Shown piece by piece: positions 1 to 12,600 of a stretch of 64,000 bases of DNA. A program made the translations under genes and the position numbers. The notes under the pieces are model-generated. The model saw nothing but the letters and a program-made list of their open reading frames with translations, was not told the DNA's origin and searched no databases. This stretch comes from Phoronis australis (lineage: Eukaryota; Animalia; Phoronida). Location of the stretch: NCBI GenBank assembly GCA_002633005.1, contig NMRA01000418.1, positions 39,896 to 103,895 of the forward strand. Direction: 5' to 3'. Each line of letters opens with the position of its first letter. Positions within the stretch are counted from its first letter, which is position 1.

Positions 1-755
1 ATACTTCTTTCTCTTTCTTGAAATGTGGCCCATAATGTACTTTTCCTGCTAACAAATGATGCACTCATGTTTCAGAATGTTCCTATCTTGTTCAGGTTAA
101 TTGGGTGTTTCAGATTTTGGAAGTATAATTGATTTTCTTGGGAAATCTTGGATAACATCTGTATCACTTTCAGCAACTTCAGCATTAGTACTACTGTTGG
201 TGCCTTGAAACGTTGCTATGCCGTTCTACGTCCTTTCAATTTTTTGGTCTGACACTTGGTCTTCTAGTCTACAGCACTCAGCAGTATACGTGTAGGCTAC
301 CAGGACATGCAGCTGGTTTCTGCACAAACGTTTGTGACACCTCTTCTTCTTTTTGATCTACTGATCTACAGAATTCCACAGTCAATCCGCTTTCGTCGGG
401 AAGCTTTCCTAAGCTTCTTTAGGCTCTGACATCACAATTTTGTGCTGTTTGATAAACCTTGAATTATACAGGCATCACACCCCATGGGAGCAGCCATATT
501 GAAGTAACTAAGCACAACAATGCAATCTGGCTCTCTGATTGGTCAATTCAATAGAAAAGCGTCATCAAGTGGCAGGAATGTGCATCAAATTTTGTGCAAC
601 AAAAACACCTTTTTTTAAAAAAATGTGCAAGTGTAGACGTGGGAACTTTTTGGAAATTGGCTTATAGGTATATTATCTAGCCACATAGAAAAAACTAGGT
701 TGCCCCCCGAAAGTACTCACAAGGATGAACGCTATGAGATCTGGCCCACCGACTA
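1..755 (-). mobile_element. Possible terminus of a decayed DNA transposon (Academ-like)
   Basis: The minus strand starts TAGTCGGTGGGCCAGAT (TAG-type terminus). It runs into a stop-riddled coding-like stretch (HECIIC*QEKYIMGHISRKRKK). The other end is not in the window. Confidence 0.25.
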
Positions 756-2604
756 TAAGGTTTACTTTAAGTGCATCTCTCTTATCGTGATGACTGCTGG
801 GCACCGCTCACCATTGCTGTTGAGTGAAATAGCTATACACATACATAATGAAAGACAATAATCAGAGGTAAGCAGACAAAGTAGTTTATTAATTAATACA
901 CTACATATAGAACCACAAATGTACAGTGCTCAGCACAGATGAAAATGTCCTCGTGGAAATACGAGTGACGGCACATTCTACACTTGTGTTTCAAAATTGC
1001 CATTTGTGAAAAAGGAATTTCACACTCAGAAGAGTGCCTTTACCAGTGAGTCCAATGTATCTTTACTTTTTCCACTCTTATTTGCACCTTTTTCACTCGC
1101 GTCATCTTGTTGACTTCTTCTCCAGTGTATTTCAGTGTGCCCGAGTTGTTGAAATTGACACATTCTAGGTCTAAAGTCTACCAGAGCTCCCACTACTAGG
1201 CAACAAATTTATTCATCAAAAGAACGATTCTTTTTTCACAGATTTAAGAGCCAAATCATGGCTCGTTCATATCTCAAGTCAAAATAGCAGATGCTCTACA
1301 AAGTTTGGCTGTCCATTTTTTTAGGGCCCGTAATTAGTGCCAAGGCAGCAAAGTTGAATTGCCAAATAATGGAGTTCTGCACAAAGTTGAAGTATTTTGA
1401 CATTTTTATTTGATGCTGATGCGTTATGGTCCACTTTAATGTAGGTCAGCTGTTCATTCTTACCCACTACATGCTGGGAGACCGATATGAAAATCAAGTA
1501 CAAAATGGATACAGAAATTGGTTAGGAGGTGAAAGCATGCGAAAGAGCGAAATGTCAAATTACTCGAATTCAGGAATTCGGGTGATGATTTATCTCTTCT
1601 CAGAACTCGCTGTGTTTGGGAAGACGGGCGTGAGGTGACTCATAACATTCATTCTCAACAGTCTTATGTACGCAGACACGCAACTCTTTCAGGATCAAAG
1701 CTACGTTTTGGTGAATGAAAGGACTGACGGTATATGCAGGACTGCGCTGTACCCGGCGTGAGATTCGTTTTTAGTGACAGCCCCATAACTTTTGACTTTG
1801 GATAAGTTGTAAATAAATTTTCACGCGGCTATGTGGTTCTGAGGTTGTTCTGCCAAATCGTTTTTGTTTATCGCTACACTGTATATATTTTGTATTTGAA
1901 GTTCCTGACAATGAAGATAAGGTATTTTGCTTGACATATGTGAAGTAATAGTAAAAATGGCCAATTTTTGTGAATAAGGTTTGCGATATCCTGAAGAAGA
2001 TGTAAACGTCAGAAACCAACTGTTGTACTTTCAAAATTCAGGTCCCTTTCAAGGGCTTTGTAGGTATACACTTTCGCAATCTCGAGTGAAGACCTTGTCA
2101 CAAAGCTAGCCGATGTGAAAGTTGAATCAGCGCCCCCATATCAACAAATTTGTGTGTTTTTCGTGGTTGTGTATTCAGTAAATAGTATTCCATGAATGGA
2201 AAGCCTTTAAATAATTCCAACTCCATGGGGGTTTCCATTGTCAGGTGATTGTCTGCTCCCTTAGCACTCTGAAATGTGCCTCATAGCCTGTTTGCAATTA
2301 AATCATCAGTTCTCTGGAGTGCACCATGTTGCAGAATAAGCACTGGTAGTGGTCAAGGATAGCAGAAAAAGTTATTGGAAGTCAGTAGCTGCTGGCGATA
2401 AGCTTGCGTATAAACACTACTAACATTTTTGGAGGCATAGGCCACTATAAAATTCCAACATCGCAACATGGAAAATCGAGATGGGTAACAAAGAGACGGA
2501 GGGAACATATTGTTTTTGGATCGCTGATTTTGTCATGCTGAACCTCCCGCGAAAGTTCCAGCTCTAGGCATGAAACAAAGAATATTTGATCTTGTTTAGA
2601 CCTA

Positions 2605-2744
2605 TTTAACTAATTTGATGAATCCTAGCTTCCAATTTCACTGGTTTCGGAGACCGGTTTTCAACCGGCTTGGGCTACAACAGGCGCCTCCTTCTAAAAC
2701 AAATTTTCTAAGCACCCTGGGCGCTTATTAGGGAGAATATAGTA
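2605..2744. repeat. Dispersed repeat / Tc1-mariner(pogo)-like MITE end
   Basis: Similar to 33265-33394 and 58925-59055 (GAATCCTAGCTTCC...TTTCAAC...GGCTACAA...TTTTCTAAGC). The end GCGCTTATTAGGGAGAATATAGTA resembles the reverse complement of TACCGTATTTGCCCTAATAAGCGC at about 63037. Confidence 0.4.
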
Positions 2745-3312
2745 GCCCTATAGGTGGTGACATCAACACACCAAGCGATGATTTTTATTGACATTAGCAG
2801 CAAGTTTGTGGTGACAGACACAAACCACCGGGCGACTGAACTTCAGGCTGGGCGAGTAGATTTTCTGGCTCACTCCCCCAGCTGGCGAGATGGGTAAAAG
2901 TGTTTCTGAATGGTATCTAGAGAACCATTTGCTGGATTTCAATGAAACTATGGCCATGTGTCGGCACCAATTTCGCTCTCGATAAAGGGATTTTCTCACG
3001 TTGCGTTTAGAGGAGGAGCGTTTTGTGGATTATATTTAGAGAACTGACGAACAGATTTCAATAAAGCATGACTCAGCGGTATATGGTGACAATGCGCTGA
3101 TTTGACTACTGCAACATTTCCTGGTGGCCCTTAGAAACAATATCGTATGTGATGCACTGTAGGCGCACGTCAATGCCTCTGGTCGGTGTTCCTCTTGTTG
3201 CTGTGAATCCATTTCACTGCATGAAAAATATTGTGCAAATGTCAGGATTTAGGTGTCTTCATGATCAGTTGTAACTGCAGACGCTGTAATATGTTTGCTC
3301 TTGTTTCCCCAG

Positions 3313-3633
3313 TCCTCCCGAGCACACCATCTCTATCTGGAGCCCCGGAGTCTGTTCTTGGTGGAGCAGAACCAACTGTCCTCATATGTACAGCCAACTT
3401 GGGCAAACCACAGGCATCTATGGTGTGGTCACGTCGGATTGGTAACGCTGCATACACAAACATAACGGAGAATGTTAACACGACTATCACTAACAATAAT
3501 GATGGAACCACTAGCGGCTCCACCACACTGACGGTCTACTTGGATACACCTGATGATGGTTTAAAGTTCAGATGTCAAGTTTCCAACAGGCAGGCTACTT
3601 TGTCAGCTGAATCTAGGGCCATTAAGGTGACTG
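3313..3633 (+). CDS. Gene 1 exon: C2-set (CD80-like) Ig domain
   Basis: Acceptor TTTCCCCAG and donor G|GTAAGT, phase 1-1. Ig pattern LICTANLGKPQASMVW...DDGLKFRCQVSN. Confidence 0.9.
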
Positions 3634-6600
3634 GTAAGTTCCTATTTAAATTGTGTTAGTGCAGACAGTCTTGTTTTCAGGTATCCATATTGACTATTAC
3701 AAGGTTATTTACCAATAATACCTCAGGGGTTGAAAGTCAAGGGAGCCTGATGGTGTGAGAAAAGTGTTAAAATGTGAACAGACCTACTAGATAATCTGAA
3801 CTGAAACTATGACCAATTATAAAGCGTTCAACGAAATAGTCGAGGAGATTACGAAAAGCTGTTTACAAATTCGCCGTGAATTACCTGTACGAATACATCA
3901 CGAAGGGTATTTTGAAGCTGAGTCAAAGGCCTACAGCAATTTGGTTCTCGACCATAGTCAGCTAAGCAAGGTAAGAACATTCGACAAGTTTTTAATAGTC
4001 AACGAAGACTGGAAGCATGAATTTTAGAAAACAATTTTAGGTTTCCGCTGAAAATCAATCGACAGTAAAAATGAATTCCAGGCTATTACTGGATGACGGA
4101 AAAGGCAAGCACACCCTGCTGTCTACAAAATCTCGGTATTGCTAGGAATGAAACCGCAAATAAGCGCATGCATCTGTATGCAAAATAATGGGATTTGTCG
4201 CAAGATTTTTCCACTCAAGTGTTTTGCATATAGGTGCATTTGCGTAAGCTCTGCTATTAAATGAATGTCATCTTCTTTTACGGGCATACCTTGGTGTTCT
4301 GGTTATTGGCGCAACATCAATGTTTTTTAGAATTGCACTAGTTGACACTGCGTGTTGCATCATAGATACATTGAGTGAAATAAAAAGGTTAGAGTAATAA
4401 TTAAGTGTTGAAAAGTGTGACTGTCAAAATCATAATTGTATCTATCTAAAACCTTTAACCTTGATCATCGTTGAAATGGAAGTAGAATGTATTTTCCTAT
4501 TTGTCAAGTACATGTGCATATATAAGATACAGCGGTTTAATGTTTTGCAAAGAAGTCGACTTGTGTCTCGCGGAAATCAGCTTGGTGTTTATGCCTGATG
4601 TGTCCCATTCGCTGTTGTGTATGAAAACCGAATCTGTATCGGAATAGAAGTTGACCATCTTCACCTAGCTCGACAAGATGCGCCTGTGCTCGGAGCACCA
4701 TAATCGGGGCAAGTTGTACGCTACTGTTTCTGGTGTAGTCGCACGCGCCAAAATTCGATAATTAGGCGAATAAACACAATTAGGCTTACATGTACGCGCT
4801 CCATTGCGAGGTTTTGCAGTTGTCCCGTAGGGAAGGGCAGCGGTCGATTTCGTTCCCAAACACTAGAGAGGTTAGGTCTTCCAATATGTTTGGATCTTTG
4901 CCTCTTTTCCTCAAATACATTTACGACATCACACCTTGGCTGTTTTTACGCCGGCTTTGATCACCTCGACACACCATCCGACTTTCATTTTAGAGCGCTT
5001 TGCAACGAAATAGCTGGGCGCAAGCTGGATTTCAGTTTACTTTAATGGGAAGATGTTGTTAGGAGTCGGAGAATCATAATATAATCACAAATAACACAGC
5101 ACAGTTTCATGTTTTATAGATCTGCTCAAAACCAACAATAAACTCAAGAATTCAATCCTTCCCTAAGTTAACACCCGAAACGTGCCAGTTGGCTGCATAA
5201 CCTATTATACCTTTTTGAGACGCTTAAAGCTTTACTCACGCTAGTCTATTTACAAAATTCTTTGGTTTATCATAAACTTGCTCCAAATTTTTGTACTTGT
5301 GAAGTGTACAGGACATTATTTTATTTCAAAGCTTCACCCGATCTAATTGATACGTGTATCTTCCAATAGACAGATTCCTTTAAAAGGAAACAGCCGAATT
5401 CCTAGGGATTAACTCACCATTACACACGCTTGGTGTTCCTGCTTGCCTTGTTTATTTGGTATCAATACGAAGATTAAAGCATTTTGAGTATCATTCTTCC
5501 AGTGTCAAACACAAAATCGGTGGATGTGCTTGATTGTCTGTGCTTGGCTTGTGAACCTACATGGTGATCTGGGCTGAGATCAGCATTTGGAAGGCATGGA
5601 CTAACTTACAGAGTCTTTGTAATGGCCATTCCAAGTGGCAACATACTAATTCCTGGGGGGAAATTTGGTATATACGTTGATTAATTGTAACTCATATCAC
5701 AGGCGTACATGGAGCGAAGCATGCATGTATCATAATACTGTGGTTCAAAGATGATAAGCTTGGAAAAACATCCAAAACTACTTCAAGCAGTGAAATCAGT
5801 AAATGCTTTGCAAAAGTCAATTTTGATTAGCCTCAACTGCATCCACCATTCGTGATAATAAGGTCACATTTAATTATGTATTTGCTTTCTTACGTCCAGT
5901 ACAAAGCACGGTCAATAGCTCACTTTCGAGTTTCCAGTTAGTCAATGTGACGTCACATAATATCCTCTCTGACCTTCGACTTGGTAGCAGCATCATTGCT
6001 GAATACATTCATATTTATTTGATAATACGAGCTTATGTGAGGTAGATCTTAAAATTGGACATTTTATTTCCAAAAAATGTATACCATTTAGTATTCCATC
6101 TGGTTCCCTGCTAACCAGTTTCCTGAAGGGGCAACTGAGAGCCCAGCGTGTGAAACAGCGAATGACTTGGTTAGACAGTCCAATGCTTTCACTTCGTTCA
6201 AACTACCTTTCTTAGTAAAATAGTTGCCCGTAAAACTAGGATAGAAATGCTCACGCAAAAACTTAATGGCGTCGGTCGTTACTTTCACAGGAAGTTTATG
6301 TGCAACAATTCTTGCTATCCTGATTTTTCCTGGAATCCCTCCACAAGTCAGATTCCCTAACTGAACTAGGAAAGCTCAATGAACTTTAACCTGTTTAAGT
6401 AGTAGAGGTCCGTTTTAACTAAGGTCGCAGGTCCATTCGAAGCTATTACGGTCGTAGAGATGTTATTGGGAAGACGATACTACATTTTTGAAAGAGTGAA
6501 ACACGGTTCAATACAAATGTAATGGTCACAATTTCCATACATAAACCACGATAATGAATTGTTTGCTAACATCGATTCAATATGCGACCGTCGTAGCTTA

Positions 6601-9600
6601 GAACAGACGCACAACCTTCATTTAAACAGGACCCAAGCTAAAAACGTTGACGGCCACGAAGTTTTAGCCTATTACAACGAGCTTCATTTTAGGAAATTGA
6701 AATGGAAGGGTACAGTGCTTTCTGACTTTGATATGTGTAATTATAAGTTGTTTTTCTTTAATGGGCCTGTGTCACGGTTTCCTCTGTTTTCATTCATCAA
6801 CCAGCTCCTGTGCCTGTATCCGATGCTAACATTAAAGTATGCAAGACGTTCACCACTCAGTGTACTTCACCATTTGACTACTACATCAATGATCGAGTCA
6901 GTTTGACTTGTGGTGTCAAGTCGCCTCTACCTAATCCCGCTCCTCACGAGTACAAGTGGTACCAGACTGTCAACGAAAGTAGTGTTATCAGCGGGCCGGT
7001 CCTTTCTTTCACAATCATTGAATCTGAGATTGTCTACGTGTGTAATGCGTCAAACACTGTACGTGGTGTGACGCACACAGTGTCCAAACAAGTTACCATG
7101 AGGGCGACAGGTTGGTTTGCACGTGCATTTGGAAAACGTAAATGATGAATAATTGTCACAAGCTTGGTCAATTCTTAACTGTAGTTACTAACCAATACTA
7201 TATTGTTATATCTTTGATTAGGTCACGTAACCGTGCCTTTTCAGTAAAATTTGGCAAAAATGGAAGGTAAATTCCGTATCAATAAACGGCATCAGCAATA
7301 TAAATTCCGTCTGATATCTATTTTGCTTTTTAGTTGACATCTCAGAAGCGCTGTAACAGTTTTCTAAGTTATCGTTTTGTTTTCATTTCATGCAACTTTT
7401 CATAAAAGCTTCAAAAATTATAGCCTTTTTAAAAAACAATTCCAAACTGCATGTTGAAGAACAGTACACAAAGATCATGCTGCTCCAAACAAAGAATTTT
7501 CGTTGTTTTACATAAAATTATTGACAAGCCTGTATGATTTTAGTCCTCCAGGAGAATATCTCATCCAAGAGTTTTTGTTCATTTGTATAATGAAGTTTAG
7601 AAACATGCACGCACTTGCATGTTTAAAGCAACGCTTATTTGCTGATTCAGAATGACATATTCTCCAAGTTGCTAATTCGGTCATCTTTGCCGAGGCATTC
7701 GGAGAAGTGGGAAAACCAACTTTTGGTGTGTAAATCTTCCAAAGTCCACAGAAATGTCACCTTTGGAGACGACATCAGTTGTTTACAGTTAGTGTGCTAG
7801 AGTAAACTATATCTTTACCAGCTACGGTGTTTTCGTGATTTCGACTTGCAATCATTGACAATATACTGTCATTACTTTAGAGACAAGCTGTACTGTTAAT
7901 TGCATGCATTTCTTCTGTATGTTGTTTATAGCAAAACCAACGAGTCGGACCCCATCCGTGGACACAACGACCTTTGAAGAGAGTAAGCTCAACTTAACTA
8001 TTTTTTCACTAGGCCCATGTGGTTTACGTGTTTCCAGTATACATGTATGTAGCTTTCGGGAACGTCGCATTCCAGATTATTTCTGAGCGGACGTTATCGT
8101 TTAAAGTGATTTTCAAGTATATGCACTCGTCTTTGAAGTTGTTGCCCATATAGATGACTTGATGTCATCAGTGTTCTTGTTTTAATTGAACGTAATTAAC
8201 CTGGGGATTTTGAGATCTCTGATGGTGCGTCAGTGTGACATGCCAGTGCCTAATGTCTTGGTTGGAATGTGATGTGCGGAAACACGCCGACGTCTTGGGA
8301 AATATACATTCGTGTGTTTTCTCAGTTCTGCCCTCTACTGTGATACATTTTAGGTCACAAAGCGCAGCATCGCGCTCCTTTAACGCGTTAACGGCTAACG
8401 TACATGAGGCAGGTTGAGTCAAGTTTTGATAAAACAGGTCACATGGCACATAACCATGCTCGAACTTGCGTTAGCTGCTAGTTGAAGCAACTGTCTGATT
8501 TGGTGAAAATGTTAACTAAATTTCTTCGCAACATTAGTTACTTTTTCATTCACAAGCGTGCTGTCTTTGTTTAAACAACATTTTTTTGGAAAACAGCATT
8601 GCGCTTAATACTTTTGTCCGGGAATAATTTCATCGTTGTCTTTATATGTATTAAGTTAAACTCGCATTTCTATATATTGCGCGCCTCGGACAACAAGCCA
8701 TTGAAAAATATTTACTGCCACTGCTGCTGTCTATTTGGAAAACGGCGGGCGTTACGTTGGTAAAAAGTCCGCTGTCTGTTCAGAATACTTGCCTGTGCTT
8801 GAAGTACTAAAATAATTTTCTACTTACACTTGTCACTGCCCGTTTATCTTCTCCCTCGTGTGATTTATCACGAGACTTAAGTGACTCCCCGCATCCTAGT
8901 TGGTGACTCATTGTACCAAAAAGTTAAATTTTGATAGCCGGTCTGAGAATACAACATGATACTAGCTTCACAACTTCCACCAGAAACAATATACCCGTTT
9001 GACCTTTACATTAACACAAAATGTGAGTGTGTCTCGATATTCATATCGCAACTTTCCGTCTTTCTCTCCTCAAAGATGAATGTGTATTGTTTCCATGACA
9101 TTAGCCAAAATCATCTAACCGAATTGCTCAAATACGATTTGCATTTTTCGTTTTAGTTTCAACGAAGACTATTTTGGGTCAGACTACAGGTAACTGTTTT
9201 GTTGGTTTAAAGTGCAGTTAAGCGGTTAAAAAGGCTAGATACCTTAGAGTGAAGTTAACACCTGGCGTGTGATTTACCTGGAAATATGTGTGGCACTTTA
9301 TATCAGTTCCCACTTTTGTAGGAATACTACACTCAAAATGCTTCGCCAGAAGTGAAGTGAATGGGATTTCGAACTGACAGTGACATTAGGTTTTTCAGGT
9401 CTAGAATGTGCCATGCTTTTCTTGGTTCTTCTTGGGGACCTGAACACCCCGGAAAAACAAATTTTCCACTTTGGGGTTGATTGTCTGCTCATTTACCTGT
9501 CGCCTCAATGCTAGTCGACATCCAATTTTTCTTTCCAATTACCTATTTGACTTGAAAATCAACAACTCCTTACTTTAGGTCAACTCCTCTTCATCTGAAC

Positions 9601-12600
9601 CGTGCTCGCCTCAACATCCCTTAATCACATCGTTTACCTTACATATTGAACCGTTAAGTTTACTCAATAGACATTTAGACCTCCCACACTTAAGCCCCCT
9701 GCCTGCCCTTGGCTGTGAGTTTTGTGCATACAAAGAGTGAATATATTACAGTATGAAGTCTGTTGAGATGAGTATTTATTCACTTAAAACTATTTTCACA
9801 ATCGTTGTTTTTTAAAACTACTTATATGCTTTTTCATTGAAAAGCATCGGATATGTTTTCAGAATTTATGCCATGGTATCAGTCACGTGTAAGGGTGTTG
9901 ACGATCTAAATCATCGAGTGGCGATATGTTTCATGAATATCCGAAGTTGCTACATGTAAATTGCAATATTTGGTGATGTGTGCTCGTAGTGTGATGGAAG
10001 TGTGTGGAATATCGGGTGCAGCTGTGTCATTGTGTCGTTCGACGTTATGTTTTCCTATAAGTGTTCTTGAGGCACTTTGTAACCGCAAATATGCGAATCG
10101 TGAAATTTACAGGTTTCAACCGAAATATCCCTCCCTGTCTGTATAGCAGTGTTGAGATGTATAAGTAGATGAACGATAATCTATATGTGGGGGCATTTTA
10201 TCTAAATATAGAACATGATATGATGACGGCGGTAAAGCCATTACCCACTAATAAATAAAAAAAATGAGTATTTTTTGTAAAAAATATTGAAATAGAAAGT
10301 TCGCTGCACAACTGTGCTGGTAGTACACTATTTTAAAACAAAATAGGTTGCGGTATATTTACATGTTTCTCAAGCATAACCCATTTCATGGTCTTTGACA
10401 TAAACTACTATAAACGGTGTGATTGTGGACTGGGTTTTTAGTTTGGTTGTACCCTATGTAACATGTCTGACTGGTTTCATGATATTTGAGTGTATTCGTA
10501 TTTTTGAAACTTCTTTTTAGTAGTCATTTATTGAAATATACACAACCATCTACCAAGATATTACTAGGATTTTACTTATATTACCATTTTGATTTTTGTT
10601 GTGGGTGATATCTAATGACGTTGTTGTGATTATTCCGATTAAAATCGATTTTATCAGGCGTAGTTAGACGGGTGGTGTTCGTGGACCAGACATTATGACC
10701 ATACCTGTGTACAACAGCGATGATTGTAATTACAACTGTTTAACTTTACACATTTATACATGTATTGCATGATATAATGAGACTAGCTATGTACACGTTG
10801 GTATCCTGTTCTTATACTCTGCATGGCATTGTTACGATGACACTTGAAAACCAGTAAAATTATTGAAAATCTAGTGTTTTTAAAGCATTAAGTCTTGTGT
10901 CTGTGACTTGCATCCAACACAGGTTTTGTCCGAGTCGCCAGTTGCATTCTCAACACCAAAATTTAAGTGGGTTCTGAATTTCGAAGTGGGATATTGACAG
11001 CATAAGGCAACATACTGTATATGGGTTGTGTAAAAGCACACACCCAGCTATTCAAGATACTTAGGGTTGAAGATGTTTACAGAATATTATTTTGTTTCAC
11101 AGATTAAAGAAGTCACGTTGTGCTCAGAGTCAATAGGCTAAAACATGGTTTAGACTTTTGAACACACTGTGCGTATGTATGAGCAAATTTTTGCAACCAA
11201 GTTAATAGATCTGAACTCTATTTCTATTTCTAGTTCCCAATCCACACAAAGGCTTGACAGATGCTGCAGTAGCTGGCATCGTTATCTCAGTGTGTTTGGT
11301 GGTAATTGTTCTGATTGTACTTCTGGTTATACTGATAAGAAGAGGAATCATCTTGCTGCCTTGTACTGGCGGAAACAGGTATTTGTAAAAGAATGTTAAT
11401 CGCATGTTCTTCCTTGTTCTAATCGTCAGCATACTTGTGTTTGTTGATTTCAACACATGGTGTGTAAAGAAGTTATTCAAAGGGCTTGGTGTGTAAAGAA
11501 AAGAGTCTCGTGGTCCCGCCTCACGTGACCTTGCGTTCCAGCCTTGCGTGACCCACAGGCGTCCTCAGCTCCTGATCGTCCACAATACATTTTCATGCAT
11601 ACTACCAGGAAGAGTATGTACATAGGGTATTGGGGACGATTAGAAGTCTAGGGTGCCTGTAGTGTGACCTTGTGTTCTGACTTGGTACCAGTGTGGCTGC
11701 AGATGGCCAGTTTTTTCTGTGGTAACTTGGGTTGAAACGTTTCGGTTTAGTGACGTCAATCGCCTTTTAGACCATCTACCTTGCTTCAACCGGATATTCG
11801 TTCTGGGCTTTCAAGGAACTGAAAAATCGTTTTTGCTTGGGAGGCTTTGCAAGTTGAGTTGTCACGGTATGTCATTGTCAGCCGAGGATGGTCTCCACTT
11901 ATAACGAACTACCAGTTCTTTGCAAGTCAGAAATCACCTCTGATCTGAGGTATAAAGCAACCGACAAAATGTCGTGAATTTTGACGATATGAAAAACAAT
12001 GTTAGTTATCTGAATTATCATTTCGTTTTCGACTTGGTTTTATTAGGACCCATCCGTATTGTCTCGATGAATGATTGCCATGTGTACTTCCTAATGAAGT
12101 CTGTCTAAGTTCAGATTATGTCTCTCTTTATTTTTGGATGATGCAGCCGACCAAATGACAAACTACACGTTCAGACGCCAGGGAATGTTCACACGGCTGA
12201 TACTGTGACCTATGTGAACGGTATGGTGAGTAGGCTATGGGTCGTAGTTCCAGCAGGCCTACATGTATCTTCATCCTGTGACCATGTTAGGAATATGGAC
12301 GGAAGATACATCCTCACGCATTTGATACTTTAAATGTGTTCGCTTTTTGTGTAAAAGGTGGCGCTGTATGCTGCCTGTTATGCTAACCACAAAATAAGAC
12401 ATTGAAAAGTTGCAAAACCATTTCGAAATGGCCACGCCATTTTGTCCGTTTGTTCATGGGTCCGTCATACTTCTATGCAGATAATAATATTATAATATTT
12501 CTTAGTGGAGTGCAACCAAATTTCACTAAAAGGATCCTTACGAAATATTGCGTTGGCATATAGTCAGCTTTTTTGCGATTCAATACCCTTTTTGAAATTT

